64,000 bases of DNA from Auanema rhodensis (Eukaryota > Animalia > Nematoda). Shown here in pieces: positions 54,373-64,000 of the stretch (positions are counted from its first letter, which is position 1; every line of letters starts with the position of its first letter). Where the stretch lies: assembly GCA_964057225.1 (NCBI GenBank), contig OZ059898.1, forward strand, positions 3,100,001-3,164,000, given 5' to 3'. Both the position numbers and the translations under genes were made by a program. The notes under the pieces are model-generated. The model searched no databases, was not told where the DNA came from, and saw only the letters and a list, made by a program, of their open reading frames with translations.

Positions 54373-57300
54373 CACCGAGATATCAACTGATATAAGTTCA
54401 CACTTATATCCTCGATTTTCATCCTGAAGAATTAATTTTTTCGTTGAATAACATTGTCCATCGTCTTTGCCTTGAAAAATCAAATCTAAAAACATCTACT
54501 TTTCGCTAAATTATTTTGAAATTTTTCGAAAAAATTTTTGTCAAAATGTTTTTGGAAGCAATGTTGAGTGTACATGGAAACTCAACATACACTAATGCAT
54601 CATTTTTCAAACGATCATAACTAATTTTTGTATCAAGCGTTTTTCAATGTAGTATAGTGCATTCGATGCGGATTTTTAAGCTGCGTCGATCTGTGTTATC
54701 AGATTTGCGCTAGCTTAAAAATGCACCGAGATATCAACTGATATAAGTTCACACTTATATCCTCGATTTTCACCCTGAAGAATTAATTTTCTCGTTGAAT
54801 AACATTGTCCATCGTCTTTGCCTTGAAAAAAGGAATCTAAAAACATCTACTTTTTGCTAAATTATTTTGAAATTTTCCGAAAAAATTTTTGTCAAAATGT
54901 TTTTGGAAGCAATGTTGAGTGTACATGGAAACTCAACATACACTAATGCATCATTTTTCAAACGATCATAACTAATTTTTGTATTAAGCGTTTTTCAATG
55001 TAGTATAGTGCATTCGATGCGGATTTTTAAGCTGCGTCGATCTGTGTTATCAGATTTGCGCTAGCTCAAAAATGCACCGAGATATCAACTGATATAAGTT
55101 CACACTTATATCCTCGATTTTCACCCTGAAGAATTAATTTTCTCGTTGAATAACATTGTCCATCGTCTTTGCCTTGAAAAAAGGAATCTAAAAACATCTA
55201 CTTTTTGCTAAATTATTTTGAAATTTTTCGAAAAAAGTTTTGTCAAAATGTTTTTGGAAGCAATGTTGAGTGTACATGGAAACTCAACATACACTAATGC
55301 ATCATTTTTCAAACGATCATAACTAATTTTTGTATTAAGCTTTTCTCAATGTAGTATAGTGCATTCGATGCGGATTTTCAAGCTGCGTCGATCTGTGTTA
55401 TCAGATTTGCGCTAGCTTAAAAATGCACCGAGATATCAACTGATATAAGTTCACACTTATATCCTCGATTTTCATCCTGAAGAATTAATTTTTTCGTTGA
55501 ATAACATTGTCCATCGTCTTTGCCTTGAAAAATCAAATCTAAAAACATCTACTTTTCGCTAAATTATTTTGAAATTTTTCGAAAAAATTTTTGTCAAAAT
55601 GTTTTTGGAAGCAATGTTGAGTGTACATGGAAACTCAACATACACTAATGCATCATTTTTCAAACGATCATAACTAATTTTTGTATCAAGCGTTTTTCAA
55701 TGTAGTATAGTGCATTCGATGCGGATTTTTAAGCTGCGTCGATCTGTGTTATCAGATTTGCGCTAGCTTAAAAATGCACCGAGATATCAACTGATATAAG
55801 TTCACACTTATATCCTCGATTTTCACCCTGAAGAATTAATTTTCTCGTTGAATAACATTGTCCATCGTCTTTGCCTTGAAAAAAGGAATCTAAAAACATC
55901 TACTTTTTGCTAAATTATTTTGAAATTTTTCGAAAAAAGTTTTGTCAAAATGTTTTTGGAAGCAATGTTGAGTGTACATGGAAACTCAACATACACTAAT
56001 GCATCATTTTTCAAACGATCATAACTAATTTTTGTATTAAGCTTTTCTCAATGTAGTATAGTGCATTCGATGCGGATTTTCAAGCTGCGTCGATCTGTGT
56101 TATCAGATTTGCGCTAGCTTAAAAATGCACCGAGATATCAACTGATATAAGTTCACACTTATATCCTCGATTTTCACCCTGAAGAATTAATTTTTTCGTT
56201 GAATAACATTGTCTATCGTCTTTGCCTTGAAAAATGGAATCCAAAAACATCTACTTTTTGCTAAATTATTTTGAAATTTTTCGAAAAAATTTTTGTCAAA
56301 ATGTTTTTGGAAGCAATGTTGAGTGTACATGGAAACTCAACATACACTAATGCATCATTTTTCAAACGATCATAACTAATTTTTGTATCAAGCGTTTTTC
56401 AATGTAGTATAGTGCATTCGATGCGGATTTTTAAGCTGCGTCGATCTGTGTTATCAGATTTGCGCTAGCTTAAAAATGCACCGAGATATCAACTGATATA
56501 AGTTCACACTTATATCCTCGATTTTCATCCTGAAGAATTAATTTTTTCGTTGAATAACATTGTCTATCGTCTTTGCCTTGAAAAAAGGAATCTAAAAACA
56601 TCTACTTTTTGCTAAATTATTTTGAAATTTTCCGAAAAAATTTTTGTCAAAATGTTTTTGGAAGCAATGTTGAGTGTACATGGAAACTCAACATACACTA
56701 ATGCATCATTTTTCAAACGATCATAACTAATTTTTGTATCAAGCGTTTCTCAATGTAGTATAGTGCATTCGATCCGGATTTTTAAGCTGCGTCGATCTGT
56801 GTTATCAGATTTGCGCTAGCTTAAAAATGCACCGAGATATCAACTGATATAAGTTCACACTTATATCCTCGATTTTCACCCTGAAGAAATAATTTTTTCG
56901 TTGACTAACATTGTCCATCGTCTTTGCCTTGAAAAAAGGAATCTAAAAACATCTACTTTTTGCTAAATTATTTTGAAATTTTTCGAAAAAATTTTTGTCA
57001 AAATGTTTTTGGAAGCAATGTTGAGTGTACATGGAAACTCAACATACACTAATGCATCATTTTTCAAACGATCATAACTAATTTTTGTATTAAGCTTTTC
57101 TCAATGTAGTATAGTGCATTCGATGCGGATTTTTAAGCTGCGTCGATCTGTGTTATCAGATTTGCGCTAGCTTAAAAATGCACCGAGATATCAACTGATA
57201 TAAGTTCACACTTATATCCTCGATTTTCATCCTGAAGAATTAATTTTTTCGTTGAATAACATTGTCCATCGTCTTTGCCTTGAAAAATCGAATCTAAAAA

Positions 57301-57531
57301 CATCTACTTTTCGCTAAATTATTTTGAAATTTTTCGAAAAAATTTTTGTCAAAATGTTTTTGGAAGCAATGTTGAGTGTACATGGAAACTCAACATACAC
57401 TAATGCATCATTTTTCAAACGATCATAACTAATTTTTGTATCAAGCGTTTTTCAATGTAGTATAGTGCATTCGATCCGGATTTTCAAGCTGCGTCGATCT
57501 GTGTTATCAGATTTGCGCTAGCTTAAAAATG

Positions 57532-57856
57532 CACCGAGATATCAACTGATATAAGTTCACACTTATATCCTCGATTTTCACCCTGAAGAAATAATTTTTT
57601 CGTTGAATAACATTGTCCATCGTCTTTGCCTTGAAAAAAGGAATCTAAAAACATCTACTTTTTGCTAAATTATTTTGAAATTTTTTGGAAGCAATGTTGA
57701 GTGTACATGGAAACTCAACATACACTAATGCATCATTTTTCAAACGATCATAACTAATTTTTGTATTAAGCGTTTTTCAATGTAGTATAGTGCATCCGAT
57801 GCGGATTTTTAAGCTGCGTCGATCTGTGTTATCAGATTTGCGCTAGCTTAAAAATG
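57532..57856 (+). repeat. Truncated 325-bp monomer, second copy with identical junction
   Basis: Same junction at about 57673-57692. The next monomer starts at 57857. Confidence 0.97.
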
Positions 57857-59962
57857 CACCGAGATATCAACTGATATAAGTTCACACTTATATCCTCGAT
57901 TTTCATCCTGAAGAATTAATTTTTTCGTTGAATAACATTGTCCATCGTCTTTGCCTTGAAAAATCAAATCTAAAAACATCTACTTTTCGCTAAATTATTT
58001 TGAAATTTTTCGAAAAAATTTTTGTCAAAATGTTTTTGGAAGCAATGTTGAGTGTACATGGAAACTCAACATACACTAATGCATCATTTTTCAAACGATC
58101 ATAACTAATTTTTGTATCAAGCGTTTTTCAATGTAGTATAGTGCATTCGATGCGGATTTTTAAGCTGCGTCGATCTGTGTTATCAGATTTGCGCTAGCTT
58201 AAAAATGCACCGAGATATCAACTGATATAAGTTCACACTTATATCCTCGATTTTCACCCTGAAGAATTAATTTTCTCGTTGAATAACATTGTCCATCGTC
58301 TTTGCCTTGAAAAAAGGAATCTAAAAACATCTACTTTTTGCTAAATTATTTTGAAATTTTCCGAAAAAATTTTTGTCAAAATGTTTTTGGAAGCAATGTT
58401 GAGTGTACATGGAAACTCAACATACACTAATGCATCATTTTTCAAACGATCATAACTAATTTTTGTATTAAGCGTTTTTCAATGTAGTATAGTGCATTCG
58501 ATGCGGATTTTTAAGCTGCGTCGATCTGTGTTATCAGATTTGCGCTAGCTTAAAAATGCACCGAGATATCAACTGATATAAGTTCACACTTATATCCTCG
58601 ATTTTCACCCTGAAGAATTAATTTTCTCGTTGAATAACATTGTCCATCGTCTTTGCCTTGAAAAAAGGAATCTAAAAACATCTACTTTTTGCTAAATTAT
58701 TTTGAAATTTTTCGAAAAAAGTTTTGTCAAAATGTTTTTGGAAGCAATGTTGAGTGTACATGGAAACTCAACATACACTAATGCATCATTTTTCAAACGA
58801 TCATAACTAATTTTTGTATTAAGCTTTTCTCAATGTAGTATAGTGCATTCGATGCGGATTTTCAAGCTGCGTCGATCTGTGTTATCAGATTTGCGCTAGC
58901 TTAAAAATGCACCGAGATATCAACTGATATAAGTTCACACTTATATCCTCGATTTTCATCCTGAAGAATTAATTTTTTCGTTGAATAACATTGTCCATCG
59001 TCTTTGCCTTGAAAAATCAAATCTAAAAACATCTACTTTTCGCTAAATTATTTTGAAATTTTTCGAAAAAATTTTTGTCAAAATGTTTTTGGAAGCAATG
59101 TTGAGTGTACATGGAAACTCAACATACACTAATGCATCATTTTTCAAACGATCATAACTAATTTTTGTATCAAGCGTTTTTCAATGTAGTATAGTGCATT
59201 CGATGCGGATTTTTAAGCTGCGTCGATCTGTGTTATCAGATTTGCGCTAGCTTAAAAATGCACCGAGATATCAACTGATATAAGTTCACACTTATATCCT
59301 CGATTTTCACCCTGAAGAATTAATTTTCTCGTTGAATAACATTGTCCATCGTCTTTGCCTTGAAAAAAGGAATCTAAAAACATCTACTTTTTGCTAAATT
59401 ATTTTGAAATTTTCCGAAAAAATTTTTGTCAAAATGTTTTTGGAAGCAATGTTGAGTGTACATGGAAACTCAACATACACTAATGCATCATTTTTCAAAC
59501 GATCATAACTAATTTTTGTATTAAGCGTTTTTCAATGTAGTATAGTGCATTCGATGCGGATTTTTAAGCTGCGTCGATCTGTGTTATCAGATTTGCGCTA
59601 GCTTAAAAATGCACCGAGATATCAACTGATATAAGTTCACACTTATATCCTCGATTTTCACCCTGAAGAATTAATTTTCTCGTTGAATAACATTGTCCAT
59701 CGTCTTTGCCTTGAAAAAAGGAATCTAAAAACATCTACTTTTTGCTAAATTATTTTGAAATTTTTCGAAAAAAGTTTTGTCAAAATGTTTTTGGAAGCAA
59801 TGTTGAGTGTACATGGAAACTCAACATACACTAATGCATCATTTTTCAAACGATCATAACTAATTTTTGTATTAAGCTTTTCTCAATGTAGTATAGTGCA
59901 TTCGATGCGGATTTTCAAGCTGCGTCGATCTGTGTTATCAGATTTGCGCTAGCTTAAAAATG
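57857..59962 (+). repeat. Local trimer duplication, period 1,053 bp, overlapping the end of the 10-mer
   Basis: AAATCAAATC, TCTCG+TTCCG and AAAAGTTTTG+TTTTCAAG monomers occur twice in the same order (from 57857 and from 58910). Confidence 0.85.
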
Positions 59963-62900
59963 CACCGAGATATCAACTGATATAAGTTCACACTTATATC
60001 TTCGATTTTCACCCTGAAGAAATAATTTTTTCGTTGAATAACATTGTCCATCGTCTTTGCTTTGAAAAAAGGATTCTAAAAACATCTACTTTTTGCTAAA
60101 TTATTTTGAAATTTTTCGAAAAAAGTTTTGTCAAAATGTTTTTGGAAGCAATGTTGAGTGTACATGGAAACTCAACATACACTAATGCATCATTTTTCAA
60201 ACGATCATAACTAATTTTTGTATTAAGCTTTTCTCAATGTAGTATAGTGCATTCGATGCGGATTTTCAAGCTGCGTCGATCTGTGTTATCAGATTTGCGC
60301 TAGCTTAAAAATGCACCGAGATATCAACTGATATAAGTTCACACTTATATCTTCGATTTTCACCCTGAAGAAATAATTTTTTCGTTGAATAACATTGTCC
60401 ATCGTCTTTGCTTTGAAAAAAGGATTCTAAAAACATCTACTTTTTGCTAAATTATTTTGAAATTTTTCGAAAAAAGTTTTGTCAAAATGTTTTTGGAAGC
60501 AATGTTGAGTGTACATGGAAACTCAACATACACTAATGCATCATTTTTCAAACGATCATAACTAATTTTTGTATTAAGCTTTTCTCAATGTAGTATAGTG
60601 CATTCGATGCGGATTTTCAAGCTGCGTCGATCTGTGTTATCAGATTTGCGCTAGCTTAAAAATGCACCGAGATATCAACTGATACAAGTTCACACTTATA
60701 TCCTCGATTTTCACCCTGAAGAATTAATTTTTTCGTTGAATAACATTGTCCATCGTCTTTGCCTTGAAAAAAGGAATCTAAAAACATCTACTTTTTGCTA
60801 AATTATTTTGAAATTTTCCGAAAAAATTTTTGTCAAAATGTTTTTGGAAGCAATGTTGAGTGTACATGGAAACTCAACATACACTAATGCATCATTTTTC
60901 AAACGATCATAACTAATTTTTGTATTAAGCTTTTCTCAATGTAGTATAGTGCATTCGATGCGGATTTTTAAGCTGCGTCGATCTGTGTTATCAGATTTGC
61001 GCTAGCTTAAAAATGCACCGAGATATCAACTGATATAAGTTCACACTTATATCCTCGATTTTCACCCTGAAGAATTAACTTTTTCGTTGAATAACATTGT
61101 CTATCGTCTTTGCCTTGAAAAATGGAATCTAAAAACATCTACTTTTTGGTAAACTATTTTGAAATTTTTCGAAAAAATTTTTGTCAAAATGTTTTTGGAA
61201 GCAATGTTGAGTGTACATGGAAACTCAACATACACTAATGCATCATTTTTCAAACGATCATAACTTATTTTTGTATCAAGCGTTTCTCAATGTAGTATAG
61301 TGCATTCGATCCGGATTTTTAAGCTGCGTCGATCTGTGTTATCAGATTTGCGCTAGCTTAAAAATGCACCGAGATATCAACTGATATAAGTTCACACTTA
61401 TATCCTCGATTTTCACCCTGAAGAATTAATTTTTTCGTTGAATAACATTGTCCATCGTCTTTGCCTTGAAAAAAGGAATCTAAAAACATCTACTTTTTGC
61501 TAAATTATTTTGAAATTTTCCGAAAAAATTTTTGTCAAAATGTTTTTGGAAGCAATGTTGAGTGTACATGGAAACTCAACATACACTAATGCATCATTTT
61601 TCAAACGATCATAACTAATTTTTGTATCAAGCGTTTTTCAATGTAGTATAGTGCATTCGATGCGGATTTTTAAGCTGCGTCGATCTGTGTTATCAGATTT
61701 GCGCTAGCTTAAAAATGCACCGAGATATCAACTGATACAAGTTCACACTTATATCCTCGATTTTCACCCTGAAGAAATAATTTTTTCGTTGAATAACATT
61801 GTCCATCGTCTTTGCCTTGAAAAAAGGATTTTAAAAACATCTACTTTTTGCTAAATTATTTTGAAATTTTTCGAAAAAATTTTTGTCAAAATGTTTTTGG
61901 AAGCAATGTTGAGTGTACATGGAAACTCAACATACACTAATGCATCATTTTTCAAACGATCATAACTAATTTTTGTATCAAGCGTTTCTTAATGTAGTAT
62001 AGTGCATTCGATCCGGATTTTTAAGCTGCGTCGATCTGTGTTATCAGATTTGCGCTAGCTTAAAAATGCACCGAGATATCAACTGATATAAGTTCACACT
62101 TATATCCTCGATTTTCACCCTGAAGAAATAATTTTTTCGTTAAATAACATCGTCCATCGTCTTTGCCTTGAAAAAAGAAATCTAAAAACATCTACTTTTT
62201 GCTAAATTATTTTGAAATTTTTCGAAAAAATTTTTGTCAAAATGTTTTTGGAAGCAATGTTGAGTGTACATGGAAACTCAACATACACTAATGCATCATT
62301 TTTCAAACGATCATAACTAATTTTTGTATTAAGCGTTTTTCAATGTAGTATAGTGCATTCGATGCGGATTTTTAAGCTGCGTCGATCTGTGTTATCAGAT
62401 TTGCGCTAGCTTAAAAATGCACCGAGATATCAACTGATATAAGTTCACACTTATATCCTCGATTTTCACCCTGAAGAATTAATTTTTTCGTTGAATAACA
62501 TTGTCTATCGTCTTTGCCTTGAGAAAAGGAATCTAAAAACATCTACTTTTTGCTAAATTATTTTGAAATTTTTCGAAAAAATTTTTGTCAAAATGTTTTT
62601 GGAAGCAATGTTGAGTGTACATGGAAACTCAACATACACTAATGCATCATTTTTCAAACGATCATAACTAATTTTTGTATCACGCGTTTTTCAATGTAGT
62701 ATAGTGCATTCGATGCGGATTTTTAAGCTGCGTCGATCTGTGTTATCAGATTTGCGCTAGCTTAAAAATGCACCGAGATATCAACTGATATAAGTTCACA
62801 CTTATATCCTCGATTTTCACCCTGAAGAATTAACTTTTTCGTTGAATAACATTGTCTATCGTCTTTGCCTTGAAAAATGGAATCTAAAAACATCTACTTT

Positions 62901-64000
62901 TTGGTAAACTATTTTGAAATTTTTCGAAAAAATTTTTGTCAAAATGTTTTTGGAAGCAATGTTGAGTGTACATGGAAACTCAACATACACTAATGCATCA
63001 TTTTTCAAACGATCATAACTAATTTTTGTATCACGCGTTTTTCAATGTAGTATAGTGCATTCGATGCGGATTTTTAAGCTGCGTCGATCTGTGTTATCAG
63101 ATTTGCGCTAGCTTAAAAATGCACCGAGATATCAACTGATATAAGTTCACACTTATATCCTCGATTTTCACCCTGAAGAATTAACTTTTTCGTTGAATAA
63201 CATTGTCTATCGTCTTTGCCTTGAAAAATGGAATCTAAAAACATCTACTTTTTGGTAAACTATTTTGAAATTTTTCGAAAAAATTTTTGTCAAAATGTTT
63301 TTGGAAGCAATGTTGAGTGTACATGGAAACTCAACATACACTAATGCATCATTTTTCAAACGATCATAACTAATTTTTGTATCACGCGTTTTTCAATGTA
63401 GTATAGTGCATTCGATGCGGATTTTTAAGCTGCGTCGATCTGTGTTATCAGATTTGCGCTAGCTTAAAAATGCACCGAGATATCAACTGATATAAGTTCA
63501 CACTTATATCCTCGATTTTCACCCTGAAGAATTAACTTTTTCGTTGAATAACATTGTCTATCGTCTTTGCCTTGAAAAATGGAATCTAAAAACATCTACT
63601 TTTTGGTAAACTATTTTGAAATTTTTCGAAAAAATTTTTGTCAAAATGTTTTTGGAAGCAATGTTGAGTGTACATGGAAACTCAACATACACTAATGCAT
63701 CATTTTTCAAACGATCATAACTAATTTTTGTATCAAGCGTTTCTCAATGTATTATAGTGCATTCGATCCGGATTTTTAAGCTGCGTCGATCTGTGTTATC
63801 AGATTTGCGCTAGCTTAAAAATGCACCGAGATATCAACTGATATAAGTTCACACTTATATCCTCGATTTTCACCCTGAAGAATTAATTTTTTCGTTGAAT
63901 AACATTGTCTATCGTCTTTGCCTTGAGAAAAGGAATCTAAAAACATCTACTTTTTGCTAAATTATTTTGAAATTTTTCGAAAAAATTTTTGTCAAAATGT

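Larger units (their letters stand above)
51942..58909 (+). repeat. Local 10-mer higher-order repeat, period 3,484 bp (10x351-26), two units
   Basis: AAAAGTTTTG, AATCCAAA (52758/56242), TTGACTAAC and the 325-bp deleted monomer (54048/57532) all recur at +3484. Confidence 0.92.
1..64000 (+). repeat. Tandem satellite DNA array, 351-bp monomer, about 182.5 copies, single orientation
   Basis: CACCGAGATATCAA recurs at 1, 352, 703, 1054 ... 63824. The lengths add up exactly: 182x351 minus seven 1-bp deletions (monomers at 10180, 24570, 25622, 44224, 47733, 49487, 51592) minus two 26-bp deletions (54048, 57532) puts the last monomer start at 63824. No non-satellite sequence seen. The array extends beyond both window ends. 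Confidence 0.99.

Noticed and set aside
1-64000. CRISPR array, or cassette array with hairpin repeats such as integron attC sites
   Set aside because: There are no unique spacers or cassettes. The sequence between hairpins is as repetitive as the hairpins, and there are no cas or integrase genes.
1-64000. Pure assembly or concatemer artefact of one 351-bp fragment
   Set aside because: Monomers carry structured, shared, position-dependent haplotypes and nested duplications that random sequencing error would not create. Individual duplications still need read validation.

Overview
The whole 64 kb window is one uninterrupted, head-to-tail array of an AT-rich satellite with a 351-bp monomer (about 32% GC by hand count of monomer 1). 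It holds 182 complete monomers plus a 177-bp partial copy, all in the same orientation. I see no genes, RNA genes, transposon insertions, CRISPR spacers or unique sequence. All ORFs in the track come from point variants that remove stop codons in the repeat. Monomers differ at a few recurrent sites, which can be read as a barcode. That barcode shows (i) a near-identical duplication of at least 13.3 kb at an offset of 34,044 bp (97 monomers), (ii) several short-lived local higher-order repeats (2-, 3-, 5- and 10-mers), (iii) a two-step deletion (351 to 350 to 325 bp) mediated by microhomology, (iv) a compensating indel that restores the 351-bp length, and (v) chimeric monomers and long-range block transfers. 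Each monomer carries four dyad symmetries spaced with an approximately 175-bp sub-period. The picture fits a eukaryotic (peri)centromeric or heterochromatic satellite from a host with little CpG methylation, such as an insect or nematode; this is inference. I cannot name the species or satellite family. Monomer numbers (M1, M2...) count from position 1, with each monomer starting at CACCGAGATATC.
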